From positions 56,606,001 to 56,670,000 of the forward strand of contig OX597820.1 in assembly GCA_951406725.2 (NCBI GenBank): a stretch of 64,000 bases of DNA, read 5' to 3'. The notes under the pieces are model-generated. The model saw only the letters and a list, made by a program, of their open reading frames with translations, had not been told where the DNA came from and searched no databases. Numbering within the stretch: position 1 is the first letter of the stretch; every line of letters starts with the position of its first letter. Of this stretch, positions 13,901 through 26,451 are shown one piece after another. Both the position numbers and the translations under genes were made by a program. The DNA is from Octopus vulgaris (lineage: Eukaryota).

Positions 13901-14124
13901 GTGAGGTCAATTAATAAGGTGTGGATGCTTTAGGTGCAAGCATGGCGGTGTGCTTAAGAAACTCAGTTTGCAACAACGTGGTGTCGAAGGCAATACGACA
14001 GCGCAGCTCCTTTGACAAGTGTCTCCAACAATCTTCCCCGGCTGACCAATATCTCGTGAGTGAATTTGTTAAATGGAAACTGTGTGGAAACACGTCATAC
14101 ATCTTATTTCTTTATTGCCCACAA

Positions 14125-14292
14125 GGAGCTAAACATAGAGGGGACAAAGAAGGAGAAATGGATTAAGTCGATTACATCGACTCCAGTGTGTAACTGGTAC
14201 TTAATCTATCGACCCCGAAAGATGAAAGGCAAAGTCGAACTACCTATAAGATTTTCGCCCGGCGTGCTAACGCTTCTGCCAGCTTGCCGCCT
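14125..14292 (-). mobile_element. SINE family B (B2-like), internally deleted
   Basis: Contains the family B core and head. Confidence 0.75.
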
Positions 14293-14300
14293 TACACGTC

Positions 14301-14468
<168 letters not shown>

Positions 14469-14731
14469 GTTTGATGGACTCTCCTGCTGAAGACAACGTA
14501 TGAGTATTCGAGTGACTAAATGTACGCGCAGTACATTAGCCCACCCTTTCCATCAAATCGACATTGCCTGAACAGGTACACAGCGTACCATGTGTCAGGT
14601 GTCGAAGTGATTGCAGATCAACATAAGATTAACTTTTTCTCTCAAGAACACAACGCACCACCCAGTCCAGGAATTGAAATCACGATCTAGAGACAATGAG
14701 TGCAACACCATAACCACTAGGGCAGGTATCG

Positions 14732-14809
<78 letters not shown>

Positions 14810-14908
14810 ATTCAGGGTGAATACATGATAACTGTAAGCACCTGTATATTGTACCGCAGAATCCTTTGCGTCCTGTTTTTCTTTTGATACATTTGGCGGG
14901 GTGTATTT

Positions 14909-15066
14909 AGGCGTGACGTGACTGCGTGTTAAGAAGTTTGCTTCTCTGCCACATGGTTCTGGGTTCAGGCCCACTGCATGGCCCCTCGGGCAAGTTTCTT
15001 CTGTTATAGTCTCGTGCCGATCAAAGCAGTGGATTTGGCAGACAGTACCTGAAAGAAGCTCGACGT
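14909..15066 (+). mobile_element. SINE family A, 5' half
   Basis: ggcgtgacgtgactgcgtgttaagaagtttgctt...catggttctgggttcagg; ends at the internal microsatellite position. Confidence 0.7.
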
Positions 15067-15113
15067 ATGTATGTATGTATGTATGTATGTATGTATGTAT
15101 GTATGTAGGTATG

Positions 15114-15155
<42 letters not shown>

Positions 15156-15159
<4 letters not shown>

Positions 15160-15366
15160 ACCTAAATGTGGCTAACCCTTCGCCAACCGGTGGTTGTCAC
15201 ACGCTGATGACGGGTCAAAACCCAGAAACTCGGGTACGTGTGCATCCCTTTGTAAATACTGATAGGGTACAGATAGCGTGTCTATAGCCAGCTGGAGGCG
15301 GTGGCCTGCTGGGGCTATAAACTACAGTAGCATCGACCCTTAAGGGTTAGCCACATATAGGTGACA
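15156..15366. mobile_element. 211-bp non-coding element with 25-bp terminal inverted repeats, carrying a hammerhead motif
   Basis: tgccacctaaatgtggctaaccctt (15156-15180) versus aagggttagccacatataggtgaca (15342-15366): 23/25 complementary. Lies next to (TA)n. Confidence 0.8.
15198..15242 (+). ncRNA. minimal type I hammerhead ribozyme motif
   Basis: cacacg-CTGATGA-c gggt caaa accc a-GAAA-ctcggg-TA-cgtgtg: perfect 6-bp stem I, 4-bp stem II, complete core, GUA triplet. Confidence 0.85.
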
Positions 15367-15425
15367 AATATACTTCACGATGTCGTGCGGCTACTGTTTA
15401 TACCTCACTCAAAAATTTATTATTG

Positions 15426-15488
<63 letters not shown>

Positions 15489-15955
15489 TAGAAGCGTTAG
15501 CACACCGGACAATACGCCTAGCCACATTATTGTGTGTCTTTCTGTTTCGCTTTGTCCACTCACTAATGATTGGCAGCCGGTGTTGGTACCAAACCTTTAA
15601 ATCGATTACATCGACCCCAGTGCGTAACTGGTACTTAATTTATCGACCCTGAAAGGATGAAAGGCAAAGTCGACCTCGGCGGAATTTGAACTCAGAACGT
15701 AACGATAGAGGAATAGATAAGCACATACACACACACGCGCGCACACACACAACACACACACACATACACACACATAACATATATACACCCTTTCTACTGT
15801 AGGTACAAGATACGCGGTCTTGGTGGAGGGGCTAGTACACATCGACCTGAGTACTTGATTGGTATTTGTGCGGGATTCGAACTCAGAAATGTGGCTAGGC
15901 GTATTGTCCGGTGTGCTAACGCTTCTACCAGCTGCCCCCCCTCTCTCTCTCTCTT

Positions 15956-16026
<71 letters not shown>

Positions 16027-16075
16027 CACTGTGATCACCGTGACCGACTAGGCTATCAGATGCTGTTACTGCCTC

Positions 16076-16156
<81 letters not shown>

Positions 16157-16161
<5 letters not shown>

Positions 16162-16347
16162 TCTGATCACCGTGACCGACTAGGCTATCAGATGTTGTTA
16201 CACATCGCTGGTCACAATGCGCTTCACATTGTTTTAGCCTTCAAATGACGCCACCCCTCTGGCTAAGAGTGAGAGAAAGTTGTGTCGAAAGAGTACAGCA
16301 GGGATCGCCACCGAATTCGCTGCCCTAACCACTGGGCCATTGCGCCT
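16157..16347 (-). mobile_element. SINE with family C head joined to the 13206-type tail
   Basis: 16266-16347 matches the family C head and body (5980-6149, with deletion); 16157-16266 matches 13206-13327. The terminal ~45 bp is also duplicated at 16025-16070. Confidence 0.7.
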
Positions 16348-16367
16348 GCACATATATATTCACACGC

Positions 16368-16420
<53 letters not shown>

Positions 16421-16442
16421 GACATGTGTGAATATATATGTT

Positions 16443-16517
<75 letters not shown>

Positions 16518-16841
16518 CATGCAAACACAGGCACACACACACATAGATAAATGAACCAACCTTGACAGTTTTACAGCCAACTAATATCAATGTCTAAAGG
16601 AATACATATACGTAGCCTGGTGCGCGTTCAAACACAGATATAGCCACGGATGATCAGGTAAGACGAGATAATCCAACCACTTCTCCGCTACCAACACTAC
16701 ACCAACCCCGCTTTTCACCCACACCAACTCCTTCCACTTCCTCCTCATTCGGTGGTATAACAGTTGTGATCAGGTTCCATTGAAGTGAACCGAAACGGAA
16801 TATGTTCTATAAGCAAGAAACCTATTAATATGCATATGTAT

Positions 16842-16929
<88 letters not shown>

Positions 16930-17689
16930 GTATATAAATGTATTATATATATATATATACATACATACATATATACATATATACATATATACATAGATAT
17001 ATGTATGTGTATAAGTATATGGATATAAATATGTATGTATCCATGTATATATATATGCACATACACTCATATACGCACATATATATATATAACCATGTAT
17101 TTATGTATGTAGTTATGTGCGCGTGTTTGTGTGTATTTGTACATGTGTGTTATATGTATGCTTGTGTGAAAGTTTAAAAGGAATTACACACACACACACA
17201 GATAATCATACATATATGTGTGTGCGTGTGTGTGTATATATATATATATGTATACACACAGACATACACATATATACATGTATGTATATATATATATATA
17301 TATTTGTACATATATATGTATATATACATATATATATTTGTACATACATATATATGTATATATACATATATATTTATGCATACATGCATATATATATATA
17401 TGTAAAGTGATATGGCGTGAAGGAGGGGTAGTGGTGTCGGCTTGGGGTTGATGAACGCTATCTTTGATCACCAACTTTGAACTGAGAAGCGTAAACACCT
17501 GCAGACTTTCTTAATTTGTTCCATATTAAAGTAGAATTTCACTTTGGTTTTCGAAACCAAATAGTTGGCATAAAAAACGTAAATCAATATTGTTTTTTTT
17601 TTTTCTTTTTGTTCGTCTCTCATTTTTCTTTTAAAATTGTTGACGTACTGGTTATGGTGATGTGAGGTGGGGGGGCAGTGTTAGGGGGA

Positions 17690-18198
17690 GGAAGTAGAAG
17701 TAGTTGTAGTTGCAGTGGTAACAGTAGTAGTTGTAGTACTGATAATTGCAATAGGGATAGTTGTAGTTGTAGCAGTAGTAGTTGTAGCAGTAGTAGTTGT
17801 AGCAGTAGTAGTTGTAGCAGTAGTAGTTGTAGTAGTTGTAGCCGAAATAGTAGTAGTAATAGTGGTGGTGGTGGTGGTGGTGTTGATAGTAGTAATAGTA
17901 GTGACAGTTGTGGTAGCAGCAGGAGTAGCAGTGGCAGTAGTGCTAGTAGTGTATAGTAGTAGTAGCAGTAGTAGTAGTGGTGGTGATGATGGTGATGGTA
18001 ATAACAGTAGTGGCAGTAGTGGTAGCAGGAAAAGCAACGGCAGCAGCAGCAGTAGCAGCAGCAGTAGTAGTAGTAGCGTTAGTATTAGTATTAGTAGTAG
18101 TAGTAGTAGTGGTGGTGGTGGTGGTGGTGGTGATAATTGTAGTGCAGGAGTGGTAGGAGGAGAGGCAGCATCAACCGCTGCATCATCATCATCATCAT

Positions 18199-18249
<51 letters not shown>

Positions 18250-18256
18250 TAGTAGT
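17690..18256. repeat. GTA/GCA/GGT trinucleotide mosaic
   Basis: Read directly; it accounts for the poly-S/V/T ORFs. Confidence 0.9.
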
Positions 18257-18557
18257 TCTCGTTGTTTATCCTCTTGTTGACCCTAATCGAACAGACAATT
18301 GATCAAAAATATTTTGACTTTGATCATTCAGCATACATTAAATAAAAGGTTTTTCTTTTCTTTTCCTTTTTTTTTTTTACTAATTCTGTACTCCGGACAA
18401 CATTATTCAATGTGTCGGTTTATTTTTTTATTTTTAAAGAAGAGTAGGATTTAATAGGAAGGAGACTTGTCAGCTTTTTGGCAGAAAAGCAAGATCATAC
18501 TTTGAGCCTTCCTCTTAGACTCAACGTTCCTTGATACTTGCTGTTGTCATTGTTGTA

Positions 18558-18620
<63 letters not shown>

Positions 18621-18638
18621 GTTATTATTATTATTATT

Positions 18639-19170
18639 GAGTGAGAGAGCAGCACACGTCATCAGAGCCACGCTCAGGGTACAATTATAATGCCCAATAT
18701 ATCCATCATGACTACCCGGGTACACCAGGCACATGCATCACAACCATATGTGCGCGACAAGGTGATCTCATATCAAGATAAACAGCGTATGACTTTGCAG
18801 GTGGAGCCCAGTTAGAATTTTCTTCAGGTCGAGTAAGCTATCGTGCTCAAAAGGTCCCTGAATAAGGGTTGTTTAAAGACGATAAACGAAATACCCATGT
18901 TTCCAGATGTGAATTATTCAGACCCCAAAGAATTCCTGTCAACACATGGCTATGCTGCTCCCCTACTACTTCTGCTCGTGATCAGAGATACCCATAACGT
19001 CGGCCACTAAAATGAGATGCTGAGCTGGATATGGTCAAACCTCTGACAAGTAAATCTGCGCTATGGAGCAGAATATTTATTGTAGTCCACCTTTTTCTAA
19101 AAAAAACAATCATGTACATGGTAACACTTCCAATCAGTTAAGATCAGAAGCCACGAGAGCCACTACCTGG
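18639..19170. repeat. unclassified element abutting an (ATT)n tract (18559-18638)
   Basis: Complex GC-richer island bounded by ATT repeats on both sides; no recognisable protein motif. Confidence 0.35.
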
Positions 19171-19185
19171 TATTATTATCATATT

Positions 19186-19400
19186 AGGCATCGAGCTGGC
19201 AGAAACGTTAGCATGGCGGGCAAAATGCTTAGCGGCAGGCATTTCGCCCGTCTTTACGTTGTCAGTTCAAATGCTGCGGAGATAGACTTTGCCTTTCATC
19301 CTTTCGGGGTCGATAAATTAAGTACCAGCAAAACACTGGAGTGATGCAATGGACTTGTTCCCTCCCCCAAATTTCAGGCCTTGTATCTTCAGTAGAAAGG
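19186..19400 (+). mobile_element. SINE family B, subtype B1
   Basis: Head, core and ...caaatttcaggccttgtatc tail, followed by (ATT)n. Confidence 0.85.
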
Positions 19401-19503
19401 ATTATTATTATTATTATTATTGAAGACGTTGTACAATAACCAATATTGTGATGTTGCAGACTACGGGGTGTGTGGTGGTGGTGGTGGTATTGTACTGTCT
19501 GTC

Positions 19504-19733
19504 GGCGGCGAGCTGGCAGAAACGTTAGCACGCCGGGCGAAATGCGTAGCCGTATTTCGTCTGCCGTTACGTTCTGAGTTCAAATTCCGCCGAGGTCGAT
19601 TTTGCCTTTCATCCTTTCGGGGTCGATAAATTAAGTACCAGTTACGCACTGGGGTCGATGTAATCGACTTACTCGTTTGTCTGTCCTTGTTTGTCCCCTC
19701 TGTGTTTTGCCCTATGTGGGTAGTAAAAAAATA
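19504..19733 (+). mobile_element. full-length SINE family B2 with 18-bp TSD
   Basis: TSD ggtattgtactgtctgtc at 19486-19503 and 19734-19751. Confidence 0.92.
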
Positions 19734-19751
19734 GGTATTGTACTGTCTGTC

Positions 19752-20165
19752 AAATCATAACAAGGACCTCTTACACAGTATGCTTGCAGTTCCAAGTAAA
19801 GCCACTAAGATTGTAGAGTATTTCTTAAGTGTCCAGATGTTCCTTCAGGCTTGGTGGTATTGAACCCAATGTTCCGATGACAACAGGAACAGACTTTATG
19901 CTTGACTCTCGCATCTGCCACATCTTAGCGATATCAATTCTCAGGTCTCCATATTTGTTGACTATTTCTCTTTTTTTTTTTTTACGGGAATATTTTGATT
20001 TCCTGGGACTGCTACGTCGATTTTTAGGCACTCTTGTTTGTCCCTCCTAAAGGTTCCTCTATCCAACCTTCGGTGCTCTAGCACCTTGTTAGTCAGAGTT
20101 TCCTTGAGGATCTTTACTTTTCCGTTTTCTCCATTACCTTTTGCGATGTATGTTGGTACCAAGTA
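19752..20165 (-). mobile_element. R4/Dong-like non-LTR retrotransposon fragment (restriction-like endonuclease)
   Basis: ECLKIDVAVPGNQNI...EIVNKYGDLRIDIAKMW...VPVVIGTLGSIP matches the RLE C-terminal motifs of R4-type elements. Confidence 0.8.
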
Positions 20166-20481
<316 letters not shown>

Positions 20482-21040
20482 GAATGTTTATTAGAATTCT
20501 TGCAGAATATAGAATGCAACTTGTCTGAGAGTCGACAGTATATGTCTCAATTCCTATAAACTTCATGAAGCGGCGTGGAACAATTTTCACTGTTGCGTTC
20601 CACAATCTCGTCATCTCTTTGGCTAGGTCCTGATATTTCTCAGTTTTGTCAGTTTTCTTCATATCCATTCCACTAGCATGCAGGACTGCAAATATATGAT
20701 CGTACAACGTTTATTCTTTCTTCCTCTTCCATCATATCTGGTCTCTCTGCTTGAGGATTACGATCAGTCTCTATGAAAAGATCCTATAAAAACTGCAATC
20801 ATCATTCAACATGAATGCCCTTCGTTTGTATCCCTATTACTTTTCCGTCAGTTCAAATTCACAGTACTCTCTAATATTCCAATACGCTCATTTACCGACA
20901 CAATCATAACTGCGTTTATATTCTTTTTGTGTTAGACTACTGCACTCAAAAGATGGTTAATACTTTTGTCTTTTCCACTCATTTTGAGTTTGCTATCTCA
21001 CTGTTTTATCAATCTTAGACTTTATCAAATTGTTTCTAAT
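20482..21040 (-). mobile_element. second R4/Dong-like fragment (zinc knuckle plus RLE), decayed
   Basis: Minus-strand pieces SINHL..CSSLTQKEYKRSYDCVGK*AYW, IETDRNPQAERPDM and KTEKYQDLAKEMTRLWNATVKIVP. Confidence 0.75.
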
Positions 21041-22756
21041 GAACAACAACAATAACAACAACAACAACAACAACAACAACGGTATAATAATTAGTTGTAG
21101 TAGTATTGGTAGTAACAGGTTGTTGTACTATTAGTAGTAGTATTAGCGTTACCAGTAGAATCAGTGGTGCTTGCAGTATTGCTGACGGTGGTGAGATGTT
21201 GACATTTATAGTATAAGTATGAATATCCGTCTCTTATCCCCTCTCCAAGCCCCTGTAGAAATTTTTAAAGGCCTAGTTTTTAGGTCTGGCTCCACGATGT
21301 CAAGCAAATGGAACTTAGTGCATCTGCTATATCTGGCGCAGGTCTCTGCCAGGAAACATTATTCTCCTGTGGTAGTAAAACCTCAAGGGGAAGGGCTATC
21401 GAAATCAACAAGATGAAAGTTTGTTTTATCTTCAAATCGGGGGATGTTCTGAATGAATTTTAAAAAAAAGGGTCCAGCAAGAAGACTTTTTTTTCCAAAG
21501 TATGCTGAAGTTATGAACTGGCTTTTTATTGAGCTGGAAATAAACTCGAGTGCAGACATAGAAAATGAATGATTGTAAGACAACAACAGTCTTGTGATTT
21601 GCCGAAAGCATGAGTAAATGCCAAACTTATATAGGGAAGACACAAGATTGATATATTATAGCGGAAAGGTGTAAACGTCTAGATCATCCCTAGCATATCA
21701 CTGGTACTTATTTTTATAAATCCCGGTGAAATATGATCTTAGAATGTAGATGTAATAAATCAGGCACTATTCTGTTTCTATAACTTAAAGTTTTCTTTTT
21801 TTTTTTCATCATTTACTCTGATGGGGTCTTTTTCAATATTGGAGAGGTGAAGGGAGTAGATAATTATCTGACTAGAGATTTGTTCCGAATGCTTGCAATA
21901 GAGTGGAAACCACGAAAGGGATTCAACAGACGGGTGGTCATTTTATACTGTGCGACGGATAAAATCTACAACCTTGAATAAACAAGAACACTCTCCCAGA
22001 GGGGCTTCCACAGAGACATTTTCATTAAGGAGGCTTCATTTGACAAGAAGTACAATAAAAAACACTTGTCTATAATGCAGCACAATGGGATTGATCCTAG
22101 AATCAGATAATTTCCAAGCGAACTCATTTACTACATAGCCAATTATTCCTCCACCGTATACAGTATTTAGCGGCGAATATTTATATAGAATTCGCGAAAC
22201 TGATCTAGAAATAAATAATCATTATTATTCAGTAGACGCCTCAAACAAATTTCTGAAATTCAGTTCCATATAGTATCATGGTCCATAGGTAACTGTTAAG
22301 TAGGTTTTGTATTCCTGCGGAAACAAAGCCGTTGTGTCCCAGTGATTAAATAAAAAGATCAATTATTGACCAACCTGCACTGTTTCCAGAGACCAGCATT
22401 AAAATATTGAATTCACTTTTGTTCAAAAATTGATTGAATTCAGGATTAATTATGAACTGTTCGCAGTACAAAGGGGAAAAAGACAAGAAAAGAAAAAAAC
22501 AAAAACAAAAAAAACAACAAAAAGAGCACCAGGAGTAACATTCACAAAACAATAATTATAGAAAAAACAAACAAACCGAAAAAGTAAAAACAAATCTATA
22601 ATGCCTGCTTGTTTGGTATGCTATTCAGAAGTACATGCAAACATATATTCAGATATACATGCATGTATACATACATAATTTCATGTGCGTATGTGTGTGC
22701 GTGTGTGTGCATATGTATATATACATATGTACATACATATATATACATATATACTT

Positions 22757-22821
<65 letters not shown>

Positions 22822-22957
22822 TGTATGTACATACATATGATGGGCTTCTTTCAAATATTTATAGATACAAACATACATACATACCTACATACATACATGC
22901 ATACATACATACATACATACATACACACATGCATACATACATACATACATACATACA

Positions 22958-23025
<68 letters not shown>

Positions 23026-23873
23026 CATTACATACACACCTATATGCATATAAAAGTACATGCGCTTGTGTTGGTGGCTAGTTAGTGGTCATTGTTTTCG
23101 CAGACTACACGCATTCTCTTTACCGAAACTACTAGACATCTAATTAATGCCACAGCTATAAAATCTTCAATTTCTTTGAAATCCAGTTCTAATTCCAATT
23201 TTTATTACCATTATCGAGACCAGATTGCTTTATTACTACATATCACAACAGCGAGGCCAACTTCAATATCCCGACTGTGAAACGAATCTGAATATTTGCT
23301 ATTAAATTCCATGAGCTTTATCATAATATTGCATTTTGAATTCAGTCTCGTAGACTGTTTGTTAACGACAATAGATTGAAGTCAAAGCAAATTACAGTTG
23401 GATTAAGAATGAAACAAATACATCTCTTTTACTTTCACGCACACATACTCTCTCTACTGGTGGACGTTGCTCTCCACCGAGTCCATCCATCAGCCGCACT
23501 CGCCTTCTCTAAGTCTGAATACCTTTCCTCCGCATCGTCCACTCTGCAAATCCACTCTCTTTCGTAACTTCCATTTTTCTACAATACGGTTCCGACTCCT
23601 AGCGTCTTCTTTTTGAATCCCCGGTCAAACAGGTTGACCGCTAGTTCACAGAAGAGAGACAAGGAGTCAGTGAAAATGGTCAAACTAGTTAACCATTTTG
23701 ACTACACTTCCACGAATCTAATATATTTGCATTGCTTGTAAGTGTATAGGTGGAAGAGAGTCTCCTTGAGCCTTTCTTGAGATTCGTAGCGACACATATG
23801 TCCTTAAACATATAATTCGACATTTTAACTTGCCGGTCACTTCTCTGACCACCTCTCAATCTGTACTCTTTAA

Positions 23874-24037
23874 GGCGTAGGAGTAGCTGTGTGGTAAGTA
23901 GCTTGCTTACGAACCACATAGTTCTGGGTTCAGTCCCACTGCGTGGCACCTTGGGTAGGTGTCTTCAACTATAGTCTCGGTCGACCAAAGCCTTGTGAGT
24001 GGATTTGGTAGACGGAAACAGAAAGAAGCTCGTCGTA

Positions 24038-24088
<51 letters not shown>

Positions 24089-24303
24089 ATGTTTGTGTGT
24101 CGGTGTTTGTCTCACCCCAACATCGCTTGTCAACCGATGCTGGTGTGTTTACGTCCCAGTAACTTAGCGGTTCGGCAAAAGAGACCGATAGAATAAGTAT
24201 TAGGCTTACAATGAATAAGTCCTGGGGTCGATTTGCTCGACTAAAGGCGGTGCTCCAGCATGGCCACAGTCAAATGACTGAAACAAATAAAAGAGTAAAA
24301 GAG
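23874..24303 (+). mobile_element. full-length SINE family A
   Basis: tRNA-like head, internal (TA)n(TG)n, tail ggcggtgctccagcatggccacagtcaaatgactgaaacaa-(taaaagag)n. Confidence 0.92.
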
Positions 24304-24514
24304 CAACACTACGACTAATGAGATACACAAACACCGGATAACATGCAAATGGTTTATCCTTAACCTAGCAACCTCACATTCGAAGGCCTCAATATACACC
24401 GACCCTCTTGTGTGTCTAGCTTTTGTTCTTCAATGCACCCCATCCTAATGTTTTTGTCGTTGTATGGGGCGTATTTTGCCTGCGTTGTCCTATATATTCT
24501 TTTATTTCTTCTGT

Positions 24515-24945
<431 letters not shown>

Positions 24946-24946
24946 A

Positions 24947-25017
<71 letters not shown>

Positions 25018-25043
25018 CATACATGCATACATACAAACATACA

Positions 25044-25080
<37 letters not shown>

Positions 25081-25128
25081 GCATGCATACATACAAACAT
25101 ACATACATGCATATATATATATAAATAA

Positions 25129-25170
<42 letters not shown>

Positions 25171-25283
25171 ATTATGTATATATATCTTTAATCTTTTATC
25201 TTTTACTTGATTCAGTCATTAGACTGCAGCCATGCTGGGGTACCGCCTAGAATTTTAGTCGAATGAATCGACCCCAGTATATG

Positions 25284-25322
<39 letters not shown>

Positions 25323-25325
25323 GTA

Positions 25326-25371
<46 letters not shown>

Positions 25372-25509
25372 TGTTTGTGTGTGTGTGTGTGTGTGTACGC
25401 ACAGAACATAAAGCTACACATTATACATATATACATGTACTATACTTACTGATAATGTTATTGATAACCACAGTCATTTCATCCACTCTCTCTCTCTCTT
25501 CCTCTCTAT

Positions 25510-26217
25510 GAATGCATGTAAAAAACAACGATGCATCTTTCCAGGTACATATTACTAAGTTGGCAATAAAATGCAGGCGACAGACCTGATGGGTCCTTAG
25601 CATTTTCAGAACAAAAATCAGGAAGCATGATGGACCTCTGGAGGACATTTGTTCTTAGTTGTTTAGACTACCGCTCCTAACGATGGTCACCACACAGTGT
25701 AAAATTAGCAGCGAAACTCGAAGTAATCCAGCTAAGCTATACAAGGAAGATCGTCACAGTGTGTCAGATCAGCTACCGTAAAAAGCCTGGCAAAATTAAA
25801 ACTCTTATCCCTAGAACGTAGGCGGGGAAACTATGCAGTGATATACACCTGGAAAATCTTGGAAAAACTTATACCATCTTTAAGCACTAGAAGTTATACG
25901 ACCATCTGAACAGGGCGGCTCTGCATAGTGCCAAAGGTCACCATCAAGATACATCAAGATACAAGACCAAATATTGCAAAAACTGTGTGATGTACATTGG
26001 GTGGAGATAGATGCCATCAAGGTAAATCATAACTGGATTTCCTTCAGTCAAGAATTCCGGTGGAACCTACGTCGCGGCAGGAATCGCAAACGAGGGCAAC
26101 AACATCAGACTTCCTCATCCATCAAATGCCACATATCAGAGGAAGATTGAAGCAACAGAACTAATGGCAGTGCCCCAGCATGGCCATAGCCCTCGAACTG
26201 AAACAAGTAAAAGAGTA
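25510..26217 (+). mobile_element. CR1/L2-group LINE 3' fragment
   Basis: Frameshifted translation LWRTFVLSCLDYRS*RWSPH...LEVIQ..YTRKI...SY...LKLLSLERRR...IYTWKIL, typical of the post-RT region. Ends in ccagcatggcc...ctgaaacaagtaaaagagta. Confidence 0.8.
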
Positions 26218-26365
26218 TATGTACATATAACACGAAGTAGATAAAGCTATGAGTAATAGCGCATATATATTGGATCAAAAGAACCCTTTGGAGATAAAAA
26301 ATTTATCTCTCTGTTTGTTCGTCTGTCCGTCCGTCCGTCTGTCTGTCTGTCCGTCCGTCTCTCTC

Positions 26366-26451
<86 letters not shown>

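Noticed and set aside
19504-19590. tRNA-like A/B-box sequences at SINE heads
   Set aside because: They have no complete cloverleaf and continue into SINE bodies, so they are not tRNA genes.
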